The notes beneath the pieces were generated by a model that was not told the origin of the DNA, did no database searches, and saw only the letters and a program-made list of their open reading frames with translations. Of a stretch of 64,000 bases of DNA, positions 48,944 to 57,490 are shown piece after piece. The DNA comes from Escherichia phage vB_EcoM_ESCO10. Location: sequence record OM386655.1; one strand, given 5' to 3'. How positions within the stretch are numbered: the first letter of the stretch is position 1; every line of letters begins with the position of its first letter. The translations under genes and the position numbers were made by a program.

Positions 48944-48984
48944 TTTTGATAGGTCTATAGTATCACACCTATAGACCTTGTACA
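48944..48984 (-). promoter_or_regulatory. early-promoter-like element (-35 GTACAC variant)
   Basis: repeat family member with conserved downstream block. Confidence 0.45.
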
Positions 48985-48997
48985 CTGTTTTGTGCAT

Positions 48998-49957
48998 TTA
49001 TTTTGTGAAAGGACGAATTAAATGATGGTTATCTTGGAACCGCTTGATGTAATCATTTTCACCTAAAGCCTTATACATATTCACTACAGCTTGATAGTTT
49101 TCCCACGCGTATTCGCGGAACCATCCGGAAGTGATAGAGGTACACACTTTCTCAAGAGCCATATAGAAACTTGTGGCCGCCGGAATATTGAAGTCATTAG
49201 GAACCTGTGAACGTTCTAGCGCTAAGACACAAGTTTCTTCGTATACACCAGCCAGTTTAATAGCTTCAGGCAAAGCTTCAAACTTCTCACGAGAGGTCAT
49301 GACTTCAGAGCCTTCTTTAATATAAAAGGTATACGCCGGACGGCCTGCTAGCGCGACGGCTTCATGGATAGAGTCGTGGTCCAGAGTATAAATTGTGTCA
49401 TTAAAGAATGAAGATTTGTTAACGTCCAGTTTAGGATGAGAATAGCTCAACGTTTCTTTCTGACGTTGCAGCATGATTTCTTGGAGCTCTTCGTTCAGGG
49501 TTACACCCTTATTACGAAGGTATTTTATATGGGACATCGTCTTCAGAAAGAATGGGTTGTTCTTTAGGAAACGATGAGAGGTTTTAATAGCCAGACAGAT
49601 ATCAGGAGTAGCCCAATAGAAACCTGTCATACGATCTTTCTTAATATGATTTTCAGCATATTTCAGAAGACGATAGCTTGAGGTGATGTCTTCGTCTTGA
49701 AGCTCATCGGTGATTTCTCGTACGTTAGTAAGGGCCCGTACAATATAAGCTTCGAAATAGGTTTCTTTACCGTTGTGCATGCATTTAAAAGCTTGGACAT
49801 CAGGGTTGTCTACGTGTACATGAGCGCCGAACATCTGCGCTTTAAAGTTATTCCATGACCCTTGGTCAGCAATGAAATCCCAATCAGAATTTTCGATATA
49901 TTTACTTTCGATCAAACCTGCGTGGTGTAGAGCACGAGAACCAATAACTAACATCAT
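48998..49957 (-). CDS. hypothetical protein (319 aa)
   Basis: large ORF of unknown function. Confidence 0.55.
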   Translation of the reverse strand: MMLVIGSRALHHAGLIESKYIENSDWDFIADQGSWNNFKAQMFGAHVHVDNPDVQAFKCMHNGKETYFEAYIVRALTNVREITDELQDEDITSSYRLLKYAENHIKKDRMTGFYWATPDICLAIKTSHRFLKNNPFFLKTMSHIKYLRNKGVTLNEELQEIMLQRQKETLSYSHPKLDVNKSSFFNDTIYTLDHDSIHEAVALAGRPAYTFYIKEGSEVMTSREKFEALPEAIKLAGVYEETCVLALERSQVPNDFNIPAATSFYMALEKVCTSITSGWFREYAWENYQAVVNMYKALGENDYIKRFQDNHHLIRPFTK

Positions 49958-49978
49958 AATATTTTCCTCAGAATTAAA

Positions 49979-50215
49979 TTAAATGTCCCAGCGGGCGCTA
50001 TCATATTCATCCCATAGAGCTTCATGGGAGTTACAAACGATAGGAGCAATGACTCCGTTAATATCTTCGTTGTAAGGGCAGATAGTACAAAATGCATCTT
50101 CGAAACGAACACCGTAATCAGACTTCTTATACGCAATGTCAAAAATCTTTTTAAACTTTTCACGAGTAATGGTTTTAGCAACCACTTCAGTACCAATACT
50201 TTCGTAATAAATCAT
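49979..50215 (-). CDS. hypothetical small protein (78 aa)
   Basis: ORF; an alternative overlapping frame exists. Confidence 0.4.
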   Translation of the reverse strand: MIYYESIGTEVVAKTITREKFKKIFDIAYKKSDYGVRFEDAFCTICPYNEDINGVIAPIVCNSHEALWDEYDSARWDI

Positions 50216-50225
50216 GGTTATCTCC

Positions 50226-50426
50226 TCAGATAGGACCGTAAAGGTATGTCCAACGTTTAACGAAAGAAACTACTTCTTCCAAGGTATCGAAGACCTCTGT
50301 AGTGCCCGGAACGCCATCACCACTGATGGTTACTTTAATGCCATCTGAAACTTCCTGGAGATTAACCTCCAGTCGGTTGGCTTTGGCTTCATTTAGAACT
50401 TTGATTAATTCGTTTGCGATAGACAT
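50226..50426 (-). CDS. hypothetical small protein (66 aa)
   Basis: ORF. Confidence 0.4.
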   Translation of the reverse strand: MSIANELIKVLNEAKANRLEVNLQEVSDGIKVTISGDGVPGTTEVFDTLEEVVSFVKRWTYLYGPI

Positions 50427-50490
50427 TTTTATTCTCCTGTTCTGATAACGTGATTGTCATCAGTTGATAAGAGAATAGTACCACAGTTTT

Positions 50491-50820
50491 CTAGAGTTGT
50501 ACATCACTTCTGCAATATTCTAAAAATAATTTATTGTTGTCAACTGTATCCCAACGTCGCCAAGATGGATTCCAGACCAATGCGTTGTCACCACAATCAT
50601 TGAGCTTAAAATGGTCATAGTACATAGCTATATGTCTAGTCTCGTCACCAGAGAACCCTAGTATAGGCTCGCCGTGGGTGTGATACATATGATGGTGCAT
50701 TGAGAGGTCGCATTTATAAAACATTTCACGTTTACCGCGAATGAACAAGAATGCTTGCCCGTTCATATAAAATTCTTTATCTGTTTTCAAAAGATATTTG
50801 AATACTGAATCTTTGTGCAT
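50491..50820 (-). CDS. hypothetical His-rich protein (109 aa)
   Basis: ORF. Confidence 0.45.
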   Translation of the reverse strand: MHKDSVFKYLLKTDKEFYMNGQAFLFIRGKREMFYKCDLSMHHHMYHTHGEPILGFSGDETRHIAMYYDHFKLNDCGDNALVWNPSWRRWDTVDNNKLFLEYCRSDVQL

Positions 50821-50857
50821 AAGTCCTCCTTCACATCCGTGTGATTATTATATCCTA

Positions 50858-51082
50858 TTAACAGCTACTTGGATACCAGATTTTACCATCAGCTTGAGCA
50901 ACGAAGGTTCGACCAGCTTCTTCACCGTAACAAGAGCTATTCAGCCAATCTTCAAGACGAACTTCACCATCATAATCGTCGAGCTCGACACCAAAATCTT
51001 GAGCAGAAGCCATATCTTTAACTTTCTTATACAATGCGGCCAGTTCAAGAGCTGCTTTTTCTAATTCATTAATATCAGACAT
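50858..51082 (-). CDS. small paralog E of a tandem family (C-terminus ...WYPSSC)
   Basis: shares the terminal W-x-x-SS-C tail and upstream leader with the four neighbours. Confidence 0.55.
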   Translation of the reverse strand: MSDINELEKAALELAALYKKVKDMASAQDFGVELDDYDGEVRLEDWLNSSCYGEEAGRTFVAQADGKIWYPSSC

Positions 51083-51091
51083 TTTTATTCC

Positions 51092-51304
51092 TTAGCAAGA
51101 CATAGAGGAAGTAAACCAAAAACCTTCACCATCATTAATACCATAATCACCGCGAACCCAGCCATAATCTTCGTATTCAGGATTCTTCGGTGAAATATAT
51201 TGCCCACGTCCAGAAACATGGAAATCTTCACCAGTTTCATCAGCCACGCTCTGACCTTTACGTACCAGTTCACGGATTTGTTTTTCAATTTCATCAATAG
51301 TCAT
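51092..51304 (-). CDS. small paralog D (C-terminus ...WFTSSMSC)
   Basis: conserved tail and internal ADxxG..F..G..Y.SP motif. Confidence 0.55.
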   Translation of the reverse strand: MTIDEIEKQIRELVRKGQSVADETGEDFHVSGRGQYISPKNPEYEDYGWVRGDYGINDGEGFWFTSSMSC

Positions 51305-51313
51305 TTTATTACC

Positions 51314-51511
51314 TTAACATTCGTAAGAGGAGGACACCCAAGAGGTACCGCTAATAGTAATGCATCCATTATAAAGCGTAATATGCCTGTCTAAGTCACG
51401 AACACCATCAATATAGATATCAGCTTCTTCACGTTCTTCTTTACAAATCTGGATAACATTTTCAATAGCTGCGGCTGCAGTACGGATTGCACAATCTAAT
51501 TCACGAGACAT
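51314..51511 (-). CDS. small paralog C (C-terminus ...WVSSSYEC)
   Basis: conserved tail. Confidence 0.55.
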   Translation of the reverse strand: MSRELDCAIRTAAAAIENVIQICKEEREEADIYIDGVRDLDRHITLYNGCITISGTSWVSSSYEC

Positions 51512-51520
51512 ATAATTTCC

Positions 51521-51802
51521 TTAACATTCAGAAGAAGAGGACACCCAACCACCTTTTTCAAGGTCTGTGGTGTAGTCGTGGGTGTTAACAATGGCGTATT
51601 GAGGCTCACCATAGTTTTCCCAATGAGCAAGGTCGGCTTTCAGGGCGCCAGGAGAATAATAGTCACCGCCCATACCGCGAGCAGGGTATATATTAAAATG
51701 AGTCTCATATTTGTCTGCAATTTCCTCAGCTCGGCGAATAGCTTTATGGATTTCATTTACTGCGCTGGCCAGTTCTTTATTTTTACTATAATCGTTCATC
51801 AT
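51521..51802 (-). CDS. small paralog B (C-terminus ...WVSSSSEC)
   Basis: conserved tail and IADKY motif. Confidence 0.55.
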   Translation of the reverse strand: MMNDYSKNKELASAVNEIHKAIRRAEEIADKYETHFNIYPARGMGGDYYSPGALKADLAHWENYGEPQYAIVNTHDYTTDLEKGGWVSSSSEC

Positions 51803-51811
51803 AATAAACCC

Positions 51812-52105
51812 TTAACACATCTCAGAAGAGGAGACCCAAGCACCAGAAGTAACGATACCGTTTTCATCGACTTCGCCGCCCTTGTTTTCAATTTCATCAC
51901 GCATCCAGCGAGAGCATTCATAACCAACCGGATAATAGGTACGTCCAGAACCATATTCACCTACGTCAAACGAGACACCATACTTATCTGCAATAATGGT
52001 AGCTTCATTCTCGATATGGTCTTGGGCCCGAAGAAGTTTGCTGATAGCGTCCGTTGCGGTTTGAACGTCATTGTATTCAGGGATTACGATTTCAATTTTA
52101 TTCAT
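51812..52105 (-). CDS. small paralog A (C-terminus ...WVSSSEMC)
   Basis: conserved tail and IADKY motif. Confidence 0.55.
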   Translation of the reverse strand: MNKIEIVIPEYNDVQTATDAISKLLRAQDHIENEATIIADKYGVSFDVGEYGSGRTYYPVGYECSRWMRDEIENKGGEVDENGIVTSGAWVSSSEMC

Positions 52106-52473
52106 GATTTACATTCCTTAATAAAGGTTTCAAGTTCATTACATTTGGTTTGTTTTACATACTCATTATAATTAGCCATCGATACAGCAAATCTCTTTTT
52201 ACGTGGCTTGTTTATTTTATTGGTTTGGATGATATCCAAGACCAATGGGATAAAGTATCCTACTAAAGCAGGAACCCAAAGCCATGCAAGGCCCAGAACT
52301 TCAAATGGATGTCGAGGCATATCATTGATAATACCGCCGACAAGGAATCCAACTATTCCTCCAACCATACCAACAGGAAGTCCCATTAATAATGTAATAG
52401 TGATATCGTAATCGGCTAATGCATAACCTGGATCGGTTTTACTAGGCTTATACATTTTGAACCTCTTTAGCAT
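52102..52473 (-). CDS. membrane protein (123 aa)
   Basis: Gly-rich hydrophobic helices. Confidence 0.45.
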   Translation of the reverse strand: MLKRFKMYKPSKTDPGYALADYDITITLLMGLPVGMVGGIVGFLVGGIINDMPRHPFEVLGLAWLWVPALVGYFIPLVLDIIQTNKINKPRKKRFAVSMANYNEYVKQTKCNELETFIKECKS

Positions 52474-52984
52474 ATTCGCGGCATTCTTTAATAAAACGAT
52501 TAAGCTTACGTTGCTGTTTACGACTTTCTAATGTATACTCGTCGGCCAAAATAGTAAGCTCATCTTTATCATAATTTTTAATATCAGAGTAAGATGGTCG
52601 CCGGTCGACCATACCGAAGAGGTCGCCATTTTCTAACATCAAATAACATACTAAGTGATAATCGTCATCAGCATTAATAAGCTGCTTATAATCGCTAGGT
52701 TCGTTTAAAGCGTATACCGAATATCTTACTCCGGCGAATTCAACTCGCTTTATATCTAATCCAAGGTCAATAATTTCTAAAGCTTCTGCAAAAGAAAGGT
52801 CTTCAGCTAAAGCAAAGATAAAGGGTAATTTAGTAGTATAGCCACGGGTATTTGTTCTGCTTAAGAAATCATTAGAATAACCTAGGTCCTGGCGAATTCT
52901 ATAAAGAACTGCATTAGTTTCATGGGCAAGGCCACTATGTTTAAACCAATCAATATTTGATATAAGGTCATCATATAAGCTCAT
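52448..52984 (-). CDS. hypothetical protein (178 aa)
   Basis: ORF. Confidence 0.5.
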   Translation of the reverse strand: MSLYDDLISNIDWFKHSGLAHETNAVLYRIRQDLGYSNDFLSRTNTRGYTTKLPFIFALAEDLSFAEALEIIDLGLDIKRVEFAGVRYSVYALNEPSDYKQLINADDDYHLVCYLMLENGDLFGMVDRRPSYSDIKNYDKDELTILADEYTLESRKQQRKLNRFIKECREYAKEVQNV

Positions 52985-53032
52985 AATATTCTCCTCTCCT
53001 CCAAAGAGGGAGACTTCGGTCTCCCAGTAACA

Positions 53033-53626
53033 TTACTTAAGTGAATTGATGTAGTCTTCGATATCAGCTGAAGTCGTATCCATTCCAACTTGAGGGCCTT
53101 TAAACGTTTCTACACGCATCAGGGTATCTTCAATATCAATCTTGGTCAGTGCAGCGATTTCAACAACATCATCGGCAGTCGCAATACCAAGGGCAGCCAT
53201 ATTACGAGTTTCACGGATGTATTCCAATTTAACCGCTAGTTCCTGGCGAGAGTCATCAAGTTCCTTGACCTTCAATTTGATTTCGTTACGCATCTCGATA
53301 TAATCGTCAGCTTTCTTACGAAGTTGAGTAGCTGTTCGACGATAAAGGAGACCGAGTTTAGCATGTACCTGGACATCGGCACCTTCAGCAATCAATTTAC
53401 GGATTTCACGTTCTTTAGAACTAGCCAGTTGGTCCTTTTCGTTAGCGAGTTCACGAATACGTTTTTCTTCACTTACAGACTTAACATGAGCAGTCTGGAG
53501 TTCAGTGATTTTATCAATCAGAGTAGAAGCAGCTTTAGTGTATTGGTCTTCAATTGACAGGTTCTGAGCCATTGCGGTGCCAAGTTTAGAGCGGATGAAT
53601 TCAACGATTTTCTTTAAAGTGTTCAT
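53033..53626 (-). CDS. coiled-coil protein (198 aa from ATG), PspA/IM30-like?
   Basis: start MNTLKK with RBS GAAGGAAA; long charged heptad-like helices; family assignment tentative. Confidence 0.45.
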   Translation of the reverse strand: MNTLKKIVEFIRSKLGTAMAQNLSIEDQYTKAASTLIDKITELQTAHVKSVSEEKRIRELANEKDQLASSKEREIRKLIAEGADVQVHAKLGLLYRRTATQLRKKADDYIEMRNEIKLKVKELDDSRQELAVKLEYIRETRNMAALGIATADDVVEIAALTKIDIEDTLMRVETFKGPQVGMDTTSADIEDYINSLK

Positions 53627-53702
53627 AGTATTTCCTTCAGTTAGATGGCATTTTGTAATCCATGAGGGCATTATACCCTGCCCTCGGAGGTTTGTAAACA
53701 TT

Positions 53703-54101
53703 TTATTTCATTTTTGCTAGGCAGATTTCATTGGCTTCCCATTGAGCTTGCTTAATAATAGCTTTGGACACAGGAACCTTTTGACCATAAGTGTTTGACG
53801 TCGAGAGAACAATATATTTGTTTGCCTCATTATGCCATCCCCGTGATTTTTCGCCATGAGTACCTTTAATTACAGCTGACACCTCAACAGAGCAGCCATC
53901 AGAACTAATCTTGGTGTCTACAATCCATTCATTTCTCTCGGCGGCTTCAATTTCCGATCTCATTTTTTCTTCATACACGGCAGCCCAATCAGTTTGTGTC
54001 AATCTTAAACTAAGAGCTTTCTTTAATTCTTTGGCAGCTTTTTGTTGTTCAGGTGTTAATGAATTATATAACTCTCGCATTTCTTTATCTTCGATATTCA
54101 T
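53703..54101 (-). CDS. hypothetical protein (132 aa)
   Basis: ORF. Confidence 0.45.
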   Translation of the reverse strand: MNIEDKEMRELYNSLTPEQQKAAKELKKALSLRLTQTDWAAVYEEKMRSEIEAAERNEWIVDTKISSDGCSVEVSAVIKGTHGEKSRGWHNEANKYIVLSTSNTYGQKVPVSKAIIKQAQWEANEICLAKMK

Positions 54102-54158
54102 TATGTTCTCCTCAAATTATGGGCTCATAATATCTCAATCATGAGCCCATGTAAACAA

Positions 54159-54432
54159 TTATTTCATATTATTGAAATATTCTTCTGCGATTTCATCGTT
54201 ATCATGGTAAATTTTAGTAGACAATTTAACATAACCTTCAGCAGCAAACATATTAACCACAACCTTTACAGTATACCACTGACCGTCGTCATTACCCATT
54301 ACTGCATAGGTTTCAAATATGGGATGGTCTTCACCAACAACTTTAATATCGTTAACAGTAGCACCAAATTCTTCCGGAACACATTTCATAAAGAAATTAA
54401 ACAGTTCACCGTAATTATCCATTTCATTCTCC
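54159..54432 (-). CDS. hypothetical acidic protein (87 aa from ATG)
   Basis: ATG after GGAGAA; track start is a TTG leader extension. Confidence 0.45.
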
Positions 54433-54464
54433 AAGTTGTTTTTCTGTATCAGTAGTTGATAGTT

Positions 54465-54506
54465 GTATAGTACCATGGAAGAACAGGGATGTAAACAGTT
54501 TTGTGA
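54465..54506 (-). promoter_or_regulatory. T4-type early promoter (repeat family variant)
   Basis: GTTTAC ... TACTATACAACTATCAAC. Confidence 0.5.
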
Positions 54507-54634
54507 AAAATTTTTTAAAAAGTTTTAGGGAATTCTAGGGAAGGGTGGGGCAATTAAAAGATAGGATAATATATTATAAAGGGTAGAAACTAAATGATGC
54601 CTAGAGAGGCCCAGAAAGGCCTAGATACCAAAAA

Positions 54635-54656
54635 GCCCCAACCTTTCGGTTGGGGC
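54635..54656 (-). terminator. intrinsic terminator (GCCCCAACC-GAAA-GGUUGGGGC + U-run)
   Basis: 9-bp perfect stem with GAAA loop on the minus transcript, a few nt after the stop of 54665..55126. Confidence 0.6.
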
Positions 54657-54664
54657 TAAGAATG

Positions 54665-55126
54665 TTATTTGATTTGTTTAGCAGACCAAATGCGGTCTTT
54701 GATGATTTTTTGGAGGTCTTCAACATACTCTAGGTCATGAGCATGTGGATTATCTTTAAAACTATGAGCTCGCGCAAGTTTCTGGCCTTCAGTCTTAATT
54801 ACCAAAAGTTCTTTAAGAATTGCTTCATATCTAGAGATAATTCCTTTAGCAATATTTTTTTCTTGTGCTGCTTTAGGGTCAGCCTTAGGAGCAGGTTTAC
54901 CAGAAGGTTTTTCGAAAGCCGCCCCAGTAGCAACCAGGCTTTTCCAGGCGGTGGTAACATAGTTACCCACAAAGCCTTCAGCTCTCATATCGTCGTAGAA
55001 CTTGTACCGAGATTCGTCAGAAGCATCTTTATAAGAATATTTACCTGCTTGGATAGCTGCTTGAGCTGCTGCACGAACATCAGAACTAGATGCTTCGGTC
55101 ATTAAAAATTCGTTGTAAGTTTTCAT
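54665..55126 (-). CDS. internal protein (IP) with capsid targeting sequence
   Basis: 153 aa; N-terminus MKTYNEFLMTEA; late promoter box about 29 bp upstream. Confidence 0.6.
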   Translation of the reverse strand: MKTYNEFLMTEASSSDVRAAAQAAIQAGKYSYKDASDESRYKFYDDMRAEGFVGNYVTTAWKSLVATGAAFEKPSGKPAPKADPKAAQEKNIAKGIISRYEAILKELLVIKTEGQKLARAHSFKDNPHAHDLEYVEDLQKIIKDRIWSAKQIK

Positions 55127-55154
55127 TATTGTTTCCTGTGATAATTAACTTATC

Positions 55155-55162
55155 TATTTATA
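55155..55162 (-). promoter_or_regulatory. T4-type late promoter box TATAAATA
   Basis: exact TATAAATA on minus strand upstream of the IP gene. Confidence 0.55.
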
Positions 55163-55166
55163 CCAA

Positions 55167-55194
55167 AAAGGCCCAACCTTTCGGAAGGGCCTTT
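55167..55194 (-). terminator. hairpin terminator (8-bp stem AAAGGCCC/GGGCCUUU with inner GNRA-capped helix)
   Basis: inverted repeat; could terminate in either orientation. Confidence 0.45.
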
Positions 55195-55334
55195 AACCTA
55201 GGGTAACCTTGTCGGGGTTCCACCTGCTAGGCAAGTGTTCGGGGCGCCGTTTCAGCTGTGATATAAGGGGGCATTAACAAAACATAAAGATTTATTAATG
55301 CCAGTCCTTAAACAGGGAACTTCAGTCCGACGAC

Positions 55335-55889
55335 TTACCGGTAGCGACCCGGTTTCTTGTTTGGTATTTCAAATTTTGTAGATTTAATATCTAATTTTTT
55401 AACTATAGAACTTATGTCATGAAAGAAAAACCATTCCCCATTTATATGATCTCTACTATAAATTGAGTGCATATATTTTTCAAGTTCTACCGCATCTTGT
55501 GAATATCTAAATGATACTATTTTAAAACTTCTAAACGGTGAAAATGTGTTGGCCGTTATAGCTCTAATATCAGGTTCTATACTTCTTCCTATTTTATAGT
55601 AATTAGGATTTGTAGTGTCTACCATTATGTATACAAAGGCCTGACGATAACTTTTTTCTATATCGAATTCATCTTTAAATTTCAATAGATTTAGAGCAGC
55701 CGTTCTACAAAATATTCCCCATATCGACGAGCGTTTAGCTTCGGTCATCGAAAAGAATTTTTTCTTATCTATGATTTTAAGAAAAGCCACCTTTTCAATT
55801 AGTTCTTGTGTTATTTCAAAATTACCATGGTGTATTAATCCAGCTTTTATAGCCAAATTAATTTGGTCCCAGTCTACATCACTTCTCAT
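55335..55889 (-). mobile_element. GIY-YIG/T5orf172-like putative homing endonuclease
   Basis: 184 aa; C-terminal VYIMVDTTNPNYYKIGRS...GEWFFF motif; visibly AT-rich; immediately adjacent to the tRNA genes (segB-like context). Confidence 0.55.
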
Positions 55890-55908
55890 AATATTATTCT
55901 CATTAATT

Positions 55909-55985
55909 TGGTCGGGGTGAAAGGATTCTAACCTTTAACCTGCGGTTTAGAGGACCGCTACTCTATACAATTGAGTTACACCCCG
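55909..55985 (-). tRNA. tRNA-Arg (anticodon UCU)
   Basis: hand-folded cloverleaf: acceptor CGGGGTG/CACCCCG, D-stem ACTC/GAGT, anticodon stem GCGGT/ACCGC with loop CCUCUAA, T-stem AAAGG/CCTTT, encoded CCA. Confidence 0.75.
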
Positions 55986-55989
55986 TGTT

Positions 55990-56064
55990 TGGTGGCCCTT
56001 GCTGGTTTCGATCCAGCTACCTATCAGTTATGAGCTGACAGCTCTCCCATTGAGCTAAAGGGCC
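55990..56064 (-). tRNA. tRNA with CAU anticodon (Met, or Ile2 if lysidine-modified)
   Basis: hand-folded cloverleaf: acceptor GGCCCTT/AAGGGCC, anticodon loop CUCAUAA, T-stem GCTGG/CCAGC, encoded CCA; 4 nt from tRNA-Arg. Confidence 0.75.
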
Positions 56065-56071
56065 TTAATTA

Positions 56072-56491
56072 TTAACTTGACCATCCCCAACCTTCGGAAG
56101 GACCATCGTAGTGTACACAAATATCAGGTGAAATATTAAAATTGGCTTCGTTCGAAGAAAAAACACCCAACTTTTTACCAAACTCACTGAAGCAGAATTG
56201 TTCGCCGCCTGGAGCCCAAACATCTTCAAATAAAACAGTGAATAGCCAGCCGGCAATTTCATCTGCATCAAATTCTGTTACACCTGAGCACATTTCATAT
56301 AACTCGTCATCACAGACTGTAGCCACGATATGGGCCGAATGTTCTTCAGATTTTAACCAGATGCGAATTAAATTACCATCAAAACAATTGTAGTTAATTT
56401 CGGATGGCCGGCAGTTATAAAATACTTCTGTAGCGATTTCTGGATTTTCCCAGGTTTCGTCGTTAAAATTGATAAGAATAGGAGTAATCAT
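56072..56491 (-). CDS. hypothetical acidic protein (139 aa)
   Basis: ORF with RBS GAGGAAAA. Confidence 0.5.
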   Translation of the reverse strand: MITPILINFNDETWENPEIATEVFYNCRPSEINYNCFDGNLIRIWLKSEEHSAHIVATVCDDELYEMCSGVTEFDADEIAGWLFTVLFEDVWAPGGEQFCFSEFGKKLGVFSSNEANFNISPDICVHYDGPSEGWGWSS

Positions 56492-56603
56492 ATTTTCCTC
56501 ATTAGTTGATTATTCTATTATGAAAGGCTCTTTGAGGGAAGAACCTTTGGTAATAGAGGGTACTTATTAATAATAACACACTGCTCTTAAAGCATATTAC
56601 TTG

Positions 56604-56984
56604 TTAACCTTCGTCAACAATAGTATGGGTGTTGGCATTAACAATCTGCCACCAGTCAAAACGGTTGGAACCATATTGAGGCTTATTCTCGTTTTCTTTA
56701 ATGATATCACGCAGTTCGTCTTCAGTAGCAGCTTTTGCAATTAAATCTGCATAACCGCCACGGGGATAATAGCTATCGCCAGCAAAGAGTAAAAAGTTTG
56801 TTTTAATATTCTTGAATTCTTCAAGAGTAATAACCGTTCCAGATGGTTGAACAATATCTACGTAACTATATCCTAATTTCTGGGCTTCATTTACTGCTTC
56901 AAGCAGGGTGTCATGGGCCCATCCGATTTGACAATCCGGTTTTTCAGATGGGTTGGCTTGATAATCTGCGTACACTTTATACAT
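56604..56984 (-). CDS. hypothetical protein (126 aa from ATG)
   Basis: start MYKVYADYQ with RBS AAGGTGA. Confidence 0.5.
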   Translation of the reverse strand: MYKVYADYQANPSEKPDCQIGWAHDTLLEAVNEAQKLGYSYVDIVQPSGTVITLEEFKNIKTNFLLFAGDSYYPRGGYADLIAKAATEDELRDIIKENENKPQYGSNRFDWWQIVNANTHTIVDEG

Positions 56985-56985
56985 T

Positions 56986-57171
56986 TTACTCACCTTTAGA
57001 GATTTTATCCATAACGAAAGAGATTGAACCAATTAAAAATGCCACTACTAAAGAGATTGTATTCTCAGAAGTTGAAAGCAAATTCAACATGAATCCTGCA
57101 AACATACTAAAACCAAAAGCAGTAATAGCGACCAGTGCAGTAACATTTCTAATTAATTCACAACGTTTCAT
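56986..57171 (-). CDS. small membrane protein (61 aa from ATG)
   Basis: ATG after GGAGAA; two TM helices. Confidence 0.45.
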   Translation of the reverse strand: MKRCELIRNVTALVAITAFGFSMFAGFMLNLLSTSENTISLVVAFLIGSISFVMDKISKGE

Positions 57172-57193
57172 TTTATTCTCCAATCACTCATTT

Positions 57194-57238
57194 GTTTTGA
57201 TAGGGCTATAGTATCATCACTAGAGCCCGTTGTAAACA
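57194..57238 (-). promoter_or_regulatory. T4-type early promoter (repeat family)
   Basis: GTTTAC ... ATACTATAGCCCTATCAAAAC. Confidence 0.55.
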
Positions 57239-57240
57239 AT

Positions 57241-57465
57241 TTATTCAACACCAGCTGCTTTCAAAAGTTTTTTAAGATTGGCTGTGCCCTGAGCAGAAAA
57301 CGTGACCTTGCCACCTTTTTCACTGATAGAACCAACCAATTTGGCAAGTTTATCATTAGGAATTTTTTTAAAATCGGCCAATGTTCCATCAAAGGTTTTT
57401 GAAACAAAAGGCAGTTCGTCTTCGTGTCTTTTAGCTTCTGTGATAAATTCTTGATATGTTTTCAT
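57241..57465 (-). CDS. small internal-protein-like protein with capsid targeting sequence (74 aa from ATG)
   Basis: N-terminus MKTYQEFITEAK from internal ATG; track start is a leader extension. Confidence 0.55.
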   Translation of the reverse strand: MKTYQEFITEAKRHEDELPFVSKTFDGTLADFKKIPNDKLAKLVGSISEKGGKVTFSAQGTANLKKLLKAAGVE

Positions 57466-57490
57466 TTTGATTTCCATTTGGTTGGTTTGT

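Noticed and set aside
51578-52171. 197-aa plus-strand ORF
   Set aside because: It is antisense to the tandem paralog array, whose minus-strand frames carry the conserved tails and leaders; treated as a shadow ORF.
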